From Hydrolagus colliei (lineage: Eukaryota), in the NCBI GenBank assembly GCA_035084275.1, contig CM068757.1, positions 2,542,001 to 2,606,000 of the forward strand: a stretch of DNA of 64,000 nucleotides. The letters run 5' to 3'. The first letter of the stretch is position 1. Each line of letters begins with the position of its first letter. A program made the translations under genes and the position numbers. Positions 37,055 through 49,868 of the stretch are shown piece after piece. The notes below the pieces were generated by a model. It made no database searches and was not told where the DNA came from. It was given only the letters and a program-made list of their open reading frames with translations.

Positions 37055-37060
37055 AATAAA
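37055..37060 (+). terminator. Candidate distal polyadenylation signal of PRMT3
   Basis: AATAAA followed about 15-30 nt later by a GU/U-rich tract (gttgtttgtttttcc). Confidence 0.45.
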
Positions 37061-37742
37061 GCTCAAGGGATAAGTTGTTTGTTTTTCCGCTTGGGTCAGT
37101 TTTTATCAAAAATTCCTTCAAATAATCTGGAGAAGTGTATGAAAATGGCTGATCACTGTATAAAAATAGTTATACTATATCTATGATGGATGACTATGGA
37201 TAATACTTTAAAGGACTATCTTGTATGGTTTCATTAAATACGTTTAGTGAGGGATTACAATTCTGCTTGGACTTTTTTAAAGAGTCATTTTATTTGACTA
37301 ATTTCACTGGCACGTCTATGCAGTGTTACAGAGTGTTTGCAGACAGTTTTTGCAGGGAAGCCAGGGAAGCAGAGAACGAGGCTGTTCAGAACATATGTCA
37401 TAGCCTGGGAATTAGTGAGAGGCAGATGGAACAGAGTGGTGCATAATGTCTTGAGAGATTTTGCATCTAATGCATGTTACTTAAGCTATATCCTCAAGCT
37501 CCCTCAATAAATTAGCTAGGAATGCCATTGCTTGAACTGAAACTAAGCCATGCAGATAGGAAAGTGCCTTATTTTTGACTTAGCTGAACATCGTGCTTCC
37601 CAGTTGATCTCAATACCAATGGGCTCACGTGGCAAAGAGGATTCCCCTTGTTTGTGCTTCTGTGTTGGAAACTGTATGTCTGATTGTCGGGTGAAAAATA
37701 ACACAAGATCAGGCTTGGTTGTGATGGCTCCCGTGGTTCAAT

Positions 37743-38147
37743 AGTCTCTTAACAACCTCGCCCCACCCTACATCCGTGACCTCCTATCCTCTTACCAACC
37801 TGCCCCCCCCCCCCCCCCCCCTCCCCCCACCATTCAGCAGACTCTGGCCTGCTCCACATCTCCCGATTCACCCGCCCAATCATTGGCGGGCGAGCTTTCA
37901 GTCACTCTGCCCCCAACCTCTGGAACTTCATCCCGAAGTCCCTCCACCTCGTCCCCTCACTGACCTCCTTCAAGTCTCGCCTCAAGACTCTCCTCTTCAA
38001 TGGACCTATCAGCAACTCCTTCTCCCCCCCCCACACACCCCCCCAACTCCTGTCCTCAACTCGGGTCTGAAGCAGTAACTGTCCAGCGCTTTGGGTCGTC
38101 CTCCTGACCTGAAAGGCGCTGTACAAATGTATTTGTGTTGTTGTTAA
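37743..38147 (+). mobile_element. L2 LINE 3' fragment, diverged subfamily
   Basis: Homologous to the L2 ORF2 end (AACCTCGCCCCACCCTAC...ATTGGCGGGCGAGCTTTCAG...CTCTGGAAC...CTTCAAGTCTCGCCTCAAGACT) with stem-loop tail and (GTT)n. Confidence 0.88.
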
Positions 38148-38149
38148 CA

Positions 38150-38277
38150 GTTGATGTGTAGGCACAAGCATGAAGAATATCTACTGGTTGAGATATCAGT
38201 GGAGAACCAACAATGTTGAATCATACTGCAGCAAAGTCTGATTTCAAGAGGAGAGAAAATTGGAGAGGACTACATCT
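38150..38277 (+). mobile_element. LF-SINE-like 3' end
   Basis: TAGGCACAAGCATGAAGAAT...GAATCATACTGCAGCAAAGTC...GAGGAGAGAAAATTGG. Confidence 0.5.
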
Positions 38278-38577
38278 CCTCAGCTGAGTTGGATGTTAAA
38301 ATAATTTGATTCAGAATCATCATTTTCCTTTTTAAAAAACTTTTCAATTTACAAGTATTGACCAGTATTGATTTGTTATCGCTCTCTTAATATTTTGCTT
38401 GGGTGCAAACAGTAATGTTTCACTGTTGCTGCTTTTGTGAAGGGAATGGATGCAGTTCAGTATTAATGTTGGAGAATTTAAAAAAAGGTAAAAAAAAAAA
38501 AAAACTGCCATGCTCAGATACCTTCACTGCATCGAGAGCTCAGTATCCTTCTCAAAAACATTTGTAGTATCTGATCT

Positions 38578-38755
38578 GGAGACCCTCCCCTTCGATCGTG
38601 GCTTCTGCTGCCCTCCCAACTCTCTCCCTCCAATCTTAACTCTCTCCAACCCCTTCTCCCTACCCTGACCCTTGCTCAGGTCCTGACCTGACTGTTCAGC
38701 ACCTTGGGACATCCTCCCAACGTGAAAGGTGCTCTATAAATGTAATTTTGTTGTG
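38578..38755 (+). mobile_element. L2 3' end fragment
   Basis: CTTCGATCGTGGCTTCTGC ... TTCAGCACCTTGGGACATCCTCCCAACGTGAAAGGTGCTCTATAAATGTAATTTTG. Confidence 0.85.
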
Positions 38756-38827
38756 ATAATTGTTGTATTATCAAAACTAAAGGGTAAAAGACTTATTGAT
38801 AAACCCGCTCTTAACCTTTACTTTATT

Positions 38828-39203
38828 TAACCGATCTACTTTCCCCCTACAAGCCCACCCGGACCCTCCGTTCAACAGGACTTGGCCTGCTCCAAGCCCC
38901 CCGCCCGAACCGCCTCACCATCGGAGGCCGGGCCTTCAGTTTCTCCGCTCCCACCCTATGGAATGCCATCCCTCAATCCCTCCGTTTCGTCTCTTCCCTT
39001 TCCTCTTTCAAGGCCGGTTTGAAGACTTTCCTCTTCGATCGTGCCTTTTGTTCCACCCCGAACTCTTCTACCACCCCTTCGTGTTTCACCCCTTCCCAAA
39101 CACTCCCCTCTCAGCTCGGGTCATACGCCTCCTGTGCAGCGCCTTGGGACGTCCTCCCAACGTGAAAGGCGCTCTATAAATGTAATTTGTTGTTGTTGTT
39201 GTT
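38828..39203 (+). mobile_element. Young L2 LINE, 5'-truncated
   Basis: Reverse complement of 42061-42439 with few mismatches; CpGs retained; stem-loop and (GTT)n tail. Confidence 0.95.
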
Positions 39204-42060
39204 ACTTAACTTTTAACATTTACTAACTACAATTCGATAGAGTTTTAAGGGAATGTTGCAGAAAAGTTTCAAACAATTTTTTATTCTGTGCTCTTGAACA
39301 ATGGTGTTTGAGATATTATTTACTGAACCTATTGGTGAAATAGTGGAAATGCTGTTTTACCACAAACCATTTTTTATTTCCTTTGAATCGAAAGTATGCA
39401 GTGTTATATATATTTCCCTGTGTTTTTATATGAGGTACTGTATTTTATTAATTGAATTTACAAAAGGCCAACTGCATTATTGATCTGACTGCAAATATTT
39501 GCTCGTCTACATGAAACTTTGATAGCTTTTCATAGTTTGCTCATAAATCAATGACGCCATTTGTATTGGAAAAAGTAGATGCAATCTGGCATGGCAAACA
39601 GTAAGAAGGACCGAGTGTCAAGTTTCCTTTGTATTTGATGACCGTTATCTTGTCAGTTTCAAGTCCGCTTGCGCAATCCTTCCTGCAACAGCATATTAGA
39701 CATCATACTTCACTGAACTTAATGCCTGACCCACTGTTACCATTTTTGTTTTTTTGTACGATAGATCAGTATGCTCAGATGGATTGTCAGGGAAATATGA
39801 CATTGATGTATACAGTTCAAAGTTAGTTTAGAACTATTAATCGCATGAGTGATTCAGCTACAATTCCACACAAGTGCCCTGATTGGTTCAATTTTAAGGA
39901 TTTATACCTGCAACCGTTATTTTGTTGCATGCAACCTACTCATTTAACCCAACATTGATGATCTTGGATATTTAATGTGAATTAATTGGAAGAATACACA
40001 GGTGAGCGGGTAACGATGATGTTTTAATGATGGATAAAGCCGTTGGTTAAAAAAAAATGTTGTTTTGTTTTAAAGCAAGGAGTGAGGCTCTATCTAACTT
40101 GTCAATATGCCAGCCATTCCATTCTAGCACCGTATTTCAATATCCTAAACCATTTCTGAATGCTTGACTGCATCCTACTATTTCAGCCTTGGAGTGCTTT
40201 TATGCTTCATCGTGTCAGGCTTATGAAAATAAACCAAGTTGGAGAAATTCTGTTGGGTTTTCTACTAAACATGATTCTTAATATTTCAGGGCCTTTTTAA
40301 AAATATATACTTACAGGAGAAGGTGACAGGAAAAGTTCTATCAGAATTTCTAATTAAAATGGAGTTGGTGATATGCATCAGGGTCCGCATCTCAGTCACG
40401 AGAAAATGATATGAGCGGAATGGAAAAGACGTGGGTGGAAATTGTTTCATATAAAAGAAAACTCCCAAGATATTCCAAACTTGTTAATAAATAGGAAAAT
40501 GAATAGAATGATAACTTCTGTTAAAAAAAAATTTAAGGAAAAAAAATACGGTACATTGAATCATCAAAGAGAAAATATTGGTAAGAAAGATTTTCAAAAA
40601 AGAAAATGTGAAGTGCAATGTCGGCGGCAGCTGCAATGGCAGCTTATCTCTAGTACCTTTTATTCCTGTAATTTAATTGTCATTCCTATTGTGCTTTAGG
40701 CTTGAATTTTATTGCACTTTTTTAAAATGAAAGATGAGTCAAAGTACTACTGTGAATAATTTCAAACTGATCACATAGGTGAGGTGTTTCCATTTTCTCT
40801 TTCCTCTGACTGAAATTAATGTTTTTAAGCTGACATTGCAGTCTGCACGGCCCATCAACAGTTTACCATCATAGTTGAATTGCTCGCTTTAACTTTTTAC
40901 AGAATAAATTGCAATGCATTGCATCTTATTGTGCTGATTCTAACCGACAGTGTCAATAATTCTGTGTGGTACTTGAAAGCTGTCTCTCCCTGTCTCCAGA
41001 AACTTTGAAAACCGCATCTCTTCTGGACAACAAAATCTTTTTTAAGTCTTTAATTTCCTTCCTGATGTGCACCTCTGGATTTTGTCAAGTCCTTTGAGAT
41101 CTCTTGTAGGAATTCTGTTGTAGAAATATAAGTTGTTGGTGGAATTGTCTTTGAAACTATGCCTGTGAGAACATGTTGTTTCCAGGTTACAAATAGCAGT
41201 CACAACCACATTATGAATGAGTGCGTTTCGCAACAAGAAGGAAGAACTGATGAATAACAGAAGGCTCCGCACTTCAGCTTACACTATAATGGGATATTGC
41301 ACACACCATAGCAGACAGTCAGTCCATAAGAATTTCCTTGTCTTATTTACTCTTGCTTTATCACTCTCCCTCTTTCCCTTGTCCACAGGCTCACGGGTTG
41401 TTTTACAATGAACCTTCTATTGTTCCTGTAATTTCCTCCTTTTTTCCCCCTTGGTCCTAGGTCCCATCTATGTGTTGTACTTGATGTTCACCAATTCTCA
41501 TGATCTCTGTCTTTGCTGCCCTCCATTATTGTGTAGAATAATACTGGGCCTGTTGTGGGAGGCGATTTGCTAACTCTGTTTTCATGCAGGAATTACATTT
41601 TTAGAAAGAAATGCAAAATGTGTTCTCATATGCCTGTCTGACCGGTTTGCACGTTCTATCTTGTGAATGCAACCTGAGAAGCAGTCTGCTGCGTGAGTGT
41701 GTGAGACTGTGCGGGGTGGAGTGTGAATCTCTCCCTCTGGAAGTCTCCTGGCTGCTCACTTTAGAAAAGGAAAATAATCACAAACCACACGCACATACAC
41801 ACACACACACACACACAGAAAGTGAGCCAGTGAATGTTCACTGTCTGTGTTAACCAAGAGATTTGGGTTATGTTGAGAAAGTCCCAAGGGGCTGAGAAGC
41901 TACTGACTTCACAGCTGGGCCTGAAAACTCCCCAGCTTCTGCCCGAGATGCTTTTGGTGAATTTAAACCAACTTAAAGAAACCCTCCTATGTTCATCATT
42001 GAGATAGGGTTCCACCGTACACCGCAGGCTGCTTCCCCACGCCCATCTCTGTGTGACGTT

Positions 42061-42567
42061 AACAACAACAACAACAACAATTTACATTTATAGAGCGCCT
42101 TTCATGTCGGGAGGACGTCCCAAGGCGCTGAACAAGAGGCGTGTGACCCGAGCTCGGAGGGGAGTGTTTGGGAAGGGGTGAAACACGAAGGGGAGGTAAA
42201 AGAGTTCGGGGTGGAACAAAAGGCACGATCGAAGAGGAAAGTCTTCAAATCGGCCTTGAAAGAGGAAAGGGAAGAGACGAAACGGAGGGATTGAGGGATG
42301 GCATTCCATAGGGTGGGAGCGGAGAAACTGAAGGCCCGGCCTCCGATGGTGGGGCGGTTCGGGCGGGGGGCTTGGAGCAGGCCATGTCCTGTTGAACGGA
42401 GGGTCCGGGTGGGCGTGTAGGGGGAGAGTAGATCGGTTAGGTAGGATGGGGCAAGGCCATGTAAGGCCATGTAGGTGAGGACGAGGATCTTAAACTCGAT
42501 CCTCTGGAGGATGGGGAGCCAGTGGAGACGAGCGAGGGTGGGGGCCATGCGGTCACGGAGACGGGTT
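42061..42567 (-). mobile_element. Young L2 LINE, 5'-truncated, with open ORF2 C-terminus
   Basis: ORF 42102-42548: LARLHWLPILQRIEFKILVLTYMALHGLAPSYLTDLL...GGRAFSFSAPTLWN...FKADLKTFLF, typical L2-clade C-terminus. Confidence 0.96.
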
Positions 42568-42702
42568 ACTCTATATAGTCCTGCAAGACACCTCTATATA
42601 GTCTCAATGTTAACAGTGACACCTGTATATATAATCTGATATTAGCTGTGAAGACAAAGGCCTAATGGTTGGGGTGGTCCCTAGCTGGACAAGCTGTGGG
42701 AA

Positions 42703-42755
42703 AGCTCATCTGAAAATAAAGTTGGGATGATAATAGTACAATTTACTTAAGGGGA
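42703..42755 (+). mobile_element. CORE-SINE (MIR-core-like) relic
   Basis: CTCATCTGAAAATAAAGTTGGGATGATAATAGTAC resembles MIR core CTCATCTGTAAAATGGGGATAATAATAGTAC; short match. Confidence 0.4.
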
Positions 42756-43779
42756 AATGGCTTCGCTAGATAAATCTTCCATTCTATTACATGTGGAGCT
42801 GAACTTCAATCAAATTACAAAGAAAACCATACCAAAAATAGGCAATCTAACATTTGGAAGGATATAAGTTGTTTAATGGTGTATGACCATAAGAACATTT
42901 TACCGCTGGGATTTAAATGTCACAGATTTGAATATAGTTTTAAGGTGCTTATAGGAGTATTACATACAAATCATTTTAACGAGGAGAAGTTTATGGAGTA
43001 AAACCAAGGACAGTGAATGTACATTAGTTTGAGAAAGTTAACTTTTCTTCAATGTTATAATGCCTGGAGAAATTTCCTTGATTTTAAAAATGTTAACTAC
43101 TCAGATAATACGTAGTGATGGAAACTGTAAACTATCAGAATTGTTTAACAAGTAGCAGTCACCTCAGAATATATTGCATTTTTCGAAAAATGGATGGGTG
43201 CATGGAAAGTGGACTGAATGAATTGGTGATATAATTACATTATTACTGATACTGTACAATGAATGGACTCCAGCCTCGACACAAACATTGGAGGGGGGGG
43301 GGGGGTGATAGATGCCAAGTAAAACTCCTTCAAGGGCCACTGCTTACCTATCTCAATGGGATCAAGTTTGTTTTTCTGCTAAAATAAGAATGAATTTTGT
43401 CTGTAGAAGTTCATTCGGCTTTTGACATTTCAGTTGCAGTTTCTTCCATCCCCAGTGATTGCACTGGAGAACGCAAATGTTACTATAAAAATATAAATTT
43501 GAAGCAACTCAAATCAAATCAAGATTTCACAATTTTTTGAGGGGGTGGTTTCTTATTTTGTTTCCTTCCCCGTGTTCTTTATATGATGGTCCTAAGGTTG
43601 GTGCTGTGATGAATGAAATGGTTCTGCTTTAGCTTCATGAACGCCTGAAGCTGTTTTCTTCTCCAGTCAACTGATGCAAACCATATGCATTGCCAATGGA
43701 CAAGACCCCTTGCAAATGTTACATCTCTTCAGGCTTTGCTTCTGCAACACAGATCTATATCTCCCACCAACCCACATTC

Positions 43780-43882
43780 TGTCGATTCGCTTTACAGTAT
43801 ATTCTGTAAAACGCTTTGAGACGTCCAGACGATGTGAAAAGCACTATATCAAATGCAAGGATCGTTATTTATTATTATTATT
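43780..43882 (+). mobile_element. SINE 3' fragment
   Basis: TTTACAGTATATTCTGTAAAACGCTTTGAGACGTCCAGACGATGTGAAAAGCACTATATCAAATGCAAGG. Confidence 0.85.
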
Positions 43883-44902
43883 CAGTCCAGCGCTCATGCA
43901 CCAACCTGGAATGATGCCTTCAAACTCGATCTGTAAATAACCAGGATTGAGTCTGGCAATGATTGGCACCATTCACAACGATAATTCACTTTAATGCGGG
44001 GAGTGTCTTCAGTGAACCCCATTAGCATGTGATTTTAGTAGTGCCTTGGGACATCCTCCCACCGTGAAAGGCATTCTACACAAATGCAATTTTCTTGTTT
44101 GTTGTTGTATTAATGGTGCCTGGATATGCTACTCCCAACTCACTGATGCAGCAGGAGGGTAAGGTAGGTGAAGGTAACTTGGATGTCGATGTATTTCCCT
44201 GCTACCCACCTCAGCTGTGAAGGCCTGGGGCTAGATGCAGTAACATTGGCGTGTGCAGTGATTCATTAACCAGAGATGGAACCAGATGCTGCAAGTAACC
44301 ATGTGTTATGTACATTATGCATTCAGTTGACACTAATGCAAATGTTTTAAGAAGGAAGCCTACATAATTTTGTGCTAAATTGCAACGAGAATTGATAATT
44401 TTGTGTATACATTCGTATTTATATAAATTATTGTTTACAATATATATTTATACATTATATAAACATATATTAGATATATATATAAAGGCCCCTTCGCAAC
44501 TGGCAAACTGTTTACCATCATAATCTAGTTTCACAGACAATGCAGTTTGTACTATTTTTAACATCGGATTCTGTTCAGCACCATCTGCTCTGGGAGCTGA
44601 GGAATGTCAGTATGTATTTAGGAAATGAATGGCATTTTAGACAGTAACTGCTTGGGTAGCGATGGAGTGAGTGTCTCAAGTCTCATCAACTCAGCACCCA
44701 ATGACTGTCCAGATGACATTTCTCCATTTGACGGGTTTCTGTGAGTCAGATACCAATCTCATCAAACTCTTCCAGTTCCCTCCCAGCAAGGTTTAAACCA
44801 CTAATACGCAAATATTTGATACAATGCTGGGCCACAATGCATTGATAATTGCAATGATATAATTTTAGAAAGTATTACAGGCAAAAATATGTTGGTGTAA
44901 CA

Positions 44903-45217
44903 TGTAGCTCAGTGGTCAGAGGAGTTGCCTTACAAGCATGAGATCTGTGTTCGATTCCAGGAGGATCAGGGCGAAACCTTGGGCAAGTTTCCTTACCCCA
45001 CACACACGACTAATAATAATCTGTTCACCACAAAAAAAACAAGCATAAAATTGGTCATTTCAATCCACTACTGTTTGTGGGACACTGCTGTGCGCAATTG
45101 GCAGTTGCGTTTCGCCCACAAGTATACAGTCAATTCACTTTACAGTATATTCTGTGAAGCGCTTTGCGACATCTAGAAGACATGGAAAGCACAATATCAA
45201 ATACATGGATTATTATT
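44903..45217 (+). mobile_element. Full-length tRNA-derived SINE
   Basis: TGTAGCTCAGTGG A-box, GTTCGATTCC B-box, ACCTTGGGCAAGTTTCCTTAC, family body and tail. Confidence 0.92.
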
Positions 45218-48200
45218 TAAAGCGCTCTAAGGTGCCGTCTGGCATGTAGGGCGCCATATAAATCCAAGTTAGTGGTGGTGGTGGTGGTGCAGATTTGAGC
45301 AGTGGTCCCAAAAGCCAAAAAAAAACATGTAATTCACCTTAATGCTTTTATAAGTGGTTGGCTGGGTCTTATGCACAGAGAGCGAGAGAGAGAGAGAGAG
45401 AGAGAGACAGAAAAATCAAGTGAATTTGCTCATTTATCAAAACGAAAAGTTAGATTGCTTATGACATATGTCCAATGTGTTGCTGTACATTTTAATGTCT
45501 TGTGTTTTCCTACAGTATTGTACAGAAATGCATGGACGAGAAACTGAGGTCTAGATACACACTCAAAACCGATTGTGTCTCTTAACCAGCCATGTGCATA
45601 GGTTGGGTTCAAACAAAATTGAGATGATGGTGAACTGATGTCCCATAAAGATCTGGTTGGAAGGAATTTAAGACGTGTGTGTGACCCGAAAAGTCAAAGG
45701 GATACCGATTACATTGGAAAGATTGTCCCGTGTTGAAGAACATGTTTATAGGGGGGAAATCGTAATGGAGCTTGAAGTATATAAAGCCATTGATGCATTA
45801 TGAAATAACACACGAGTTTGATCAAAATTTAAACCAAAAAAAGTTCCGTTTTAGCATTATAATTTTCTGTGGATTATTCTGAAGATTTTGGTGCCGTGAT
45901 TTGAGGCCAATTTTGTTCTTTTTAATTATTTTTTAAAAAAAAGCTGCTTTCAATATTTTTTCAAATGAGGGACGTTCTCGAGAGATAATTTTTCAAGGGA
46001 TGTATTTTCCCATCAGTGTCGAGGGCGATGGTATGTGGATTGGTGAATCTTAAAAGCCCAGCCTTGTGCGACATTTTCTTGTTCTGACATGCAATTCAGG
46101 CTTTCTCAGTTGATCATGTATCGCGGTGAAAAAAAATCATATCCAACCCATTTGACAGCCGCAGTCCAGTCTTTGGAGTTTCGATTAACCTGAATGCGAA
46201 GTGATGGATAACCAATAAATGACACGTTTTAATATGGTGTGGATCCATAGAGAGGGGAATTGTTGAATTGTATGTTTTATGCAATTGGGATTTTTAAAAA
46301 TTAATCCCATTCCTCTGCCTTTACCCTTAAAAGCACTGTAAGAGACGAGGTGTTATAATTCTGGGCGACAAAATACATCTCAAGGTAGTGGGGAATCATT
46401 CCATTTTTGCAATGGATTTCTGTCGTGGTAATGGTGCAAAGTACTGTATTTCCAATCAATTTATATTTCATTACCTGTTTTTGTTTCCAAAATTGAATGC
46501 AATGTGGTCATATTCGTCAATTAAATACGAGAAATACTATGCAAAGGAAATGTAAATTTAGATGTATTTCGCGTAGTTAGTTAGTGTTACTTGCACGTTA
46601 AATTACCCCGAATGCACCCACTTAAAGTACTGTTTGGAAAGCATTTATTTTGAGTAACATTTTTTGGGGGGTAAATCCTCGACTTTACTGGGTACATTTA
46701 CAATGGCAAATGATTGAACTCTCCTTAATCAACGTGTGCTAGGCTGTGTTAGTTCTATGGTACACAGGTAAATGCTACACTGTTGAATAATTAATACACA
46801 TCTCATCGTAAAACAAAAAGCAAATTATCTCGAAGCAAATAGATATTATAAATGAGGGGTGAATTATCCTCACATAATTTAGGGTAACAGATATGATCAG
46901 AGGGATCTAAACATACTGACCTTAGTGGTGTCATGTGTGCTCATTCATGTGCAGTTATGTAATTAAGTCGCTTTCTCTCTCTCTCTCCCCCCCCCCTCCC
47001 CCCCCCCCCCCCCCCCCCATACACACACTCTGTTCTCCCAAAGGAGATTAACAAGCACATACCTTATGAAGCGAATAGACCTATGCTAATCTCACTAAAT
47101 TACATGTTTAGTGAAATCTCAAAGCACAATCCACAATAGCGAAAGATAATTGCTGATGCCTCAAATACATTACACAGAGATACATTTAGGGGGGGGTTTA
47201 AATACTCGTTGGAAATTCAAACAACGACCTGTTTTGGGGGACAAAAGTTGCTTCATTGCAATCCCATATTTATCATTTCTCTTATTTATCTATCTATCTA
47301 TTTATTTATTTATTTTTGGGTGTGAAGAAAAAATAGTTTGTCAAAGGCCTGATAGAGAACAAAGAGAGAGAAAAAAAAATCCATGGTCGGTCATAGTCGG
47401 CTTTAGAAAGAACCAACATTCTCTGCAATGTTTATATTCTCTTAAAACATGACATCGGCACACTATTGTAAAACCAGGGGGTTGAGCGTTGAGTGTGGGG
47501 TCCCAGCGCCTTGGGACGTCCTCCTGACGTGTACAACCTCCAATTAAGTTTTCTGAGGGAAATTGTAATTTTAGCTTGCAAGCAGCAGAGACATGATGGT
47601 TTTTAAGCCGTCTGGGATGTCCTGTTGTTGATGATAAACACTTAAGAGTTTAAGAGATTTGGTTTGAAATGCAAGGTTCGATTTTTATAAGAATCCTCAC
47701 AATTTATAACACATGGCGACATTGTTCAGTTTGTACTGTGACTGGATCCCAGTATATGGTGAAAGAAACAGTGGTTTAACTGCTAGCAATAAACCATGTG
47801 AAACATTTTGTGGGCGAAACGTATTTGTCCAACGTTATTAACGACATTTGATACCGCTTAACCCACCTCAATAACATAGACTACATGTGAGTTGTTCGGG
47901 ATATTTTTACCCGCACACAAAACAAAATCTTCTAGAATTTCAGTCGGTTTATTAGACAATCTGGACCGCACGGCTTCCTATTTTTATTTATTTAAGAAAA
48001 TAGCTTAACGGGCAAAGCGACTCCCGGCACACACACACACACAAAAGAAATCGATTGCTATTATTCATCTTTGACAAAGTAATTAAGACTGCTAAAGGGT
48101 TGTTAATTTACTGTGGAGCGGCGTGGCGTGTTAGTGATGGGTTTCAGATCTAAAGTCGGTTCCGCATGACTGTGGGGAGGTGATTAGCACATTGCTAAAC

Positions 48201-49184
48201 GTGAGATATTCATTGCCACAGTATGATCTCTCAGTCCAGGTTCCCAGCTTTTATTAGTAGTATTGAGAAGTCTCACACCTACCCGCAAATACTTTCTATA
48301 TATCTATCTATCTATATAGATATATATACACACATAGTTCGAAAATTGTATTTGTTTTATTTGGTCGCTGCTTCATGCTGGATGGTGAAAATGCATTCTC
48401 TACCATTAGTCTCCTATACAAAAGAGATAGTTTGCTTGCAAATATATTCTCTTACGTGTTAAGACAGAATTAAGTGAGTGGAGTGCACTTTGGAATGGAT
48501 CACTCGTTACCAGTTGCAAATATATGCACCCCCCAATATATATATATATTGCACAGCAGTTCACAGTTCCAACTCCTGGTCTCAGTCACAAAGATTACGT
48601 GTGGAGCAGAGAACATGTTCGAGAAGCATCTGGATACGTGATGTAGTTGTTCGTTCGCTAGGTCACTGCGTTATTTGTGATCTGATGGAATTTTATTCTA
48701 ATGACAGTTCGCATTGCAGCAAATGGAAACAGGAAGATGTGTCTTTAATTCTTTTTTTAGGCAGAACGTGTGTGGGGAGGTGTGGGGAGATGTGGGGAGG
48801 CTGGGAGAGGGGAGTATCCTTGCAAATCAAAATGCAACTTACAATGTTAAAATTCAAACCTTGAGCGAGGTGTGAGTGTCGGTTTCCAATAACCACACAG
48901 AATTGCTGTCAACTAATAGACTTAAAATTGGGCTCCTTCATCTAGAGAATGCTAATGTTTTACACACACATAAACACACACCTTCGAATCGAAGGCTTGA
49001 ATTTGTATGTGTTGCACATAGACCTTGCCTATTACCAGTTGCAAACAATATATATTGTTTGCAACTGGTACAATATACAGTACATCCATATATATGCAAC
49101 AACGAAAATGAATTCACATAGCCCTGTCTATTTATGGATGTGGGATGCGTTCAAAGCATTTTAAAGGCATGAGACAAATTTTAG

Positions 49185-49290
49185 ATGAACTCTCTTGTTA
49201 GGTGAGGGTATTCAGGGATATGGGGCAAGGTCGGGTAGTAGGAGTTGAGGTGCAGGTCTGAATGGCCTACGCCTGTTTCCATGTTTCTAT
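49185..49290 (+). mobile_element. Degenerate CR1 3' UTR
   Basis: GAGGGTATTCAGGGATATGGGGCAAGG...GAGTTGAGGT...CTGAATGGCCTACGCCTGTTTCC. Confidence 0.6.
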
Positions 49291-49836
49291 ATTTCCCGAT
49301 TGCACCCCTCCTTCCCCCCATCCCTCCACCTTTACTGAACCAAACTGTGAGTATGGAAGGTGGTTCATTCCAAGATAAACTGGGGGGAGGGCAGGTATCA
49401 CAGGTGTAAACACGATTATGTACAGCCCATAAAGGTAACACAGATACGGGGAGCTGTATAACACAATTAAAATTGGGATTCTGAGCAATCCGTGAATGCA
49501 GAAGATGGGTTTACACTGAAATACAATTTCAGTTTCAGATTTTGATGGTTTCCGACGGCTTTTGTGAACGCTCAATACCGTGTATGCAGAAGTTCAAAAC
49601 CTGGAACATATCCTTTACCCTGTGCTCCTCCCTCGATTCAAAATGAAATATTCTATGCTGGCCAAACCTTGTGTGTGTGTGTGTGTGTGTGTGAGAGGGA
49701 GTGAGTGAGTGAGAGAGAAAGGCACTTCGGTTATTCAATTAATGGCCTCGCTTATAATGAACAAATTAAGATCATAATTTCACGGTTCAAAAGGTGACCT
49801 TCTTAGCTGTCAACCGTTAAAGTTTGATGTTTGCGC

Positions 49837-49839
<3 letters not shown>

Positions 49840-49868
<29 letters not shown>
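49840..49868. repeat. (GT)n microsatellite upstream of SLC6A5
   Basis: Perfect GT run; a second one lies at about 49670-49692. Confidence 0.95.

Noticed and set aside
42102-42548. 148-aa ORF as a possible host gene
   Set aside because: It is the C-terminus of L2 ORF2 in a 5'-truncated copy; the CR1 ORF at 28512-28775 is rejected for the same reason
44574-44710. RE1 half-sites TTCAGCACC (44574) and TCAGCACC...CTGTCC (44691)
   Set aside because: No right half-site at canonical spacing or orientation; likely chance or old repeat
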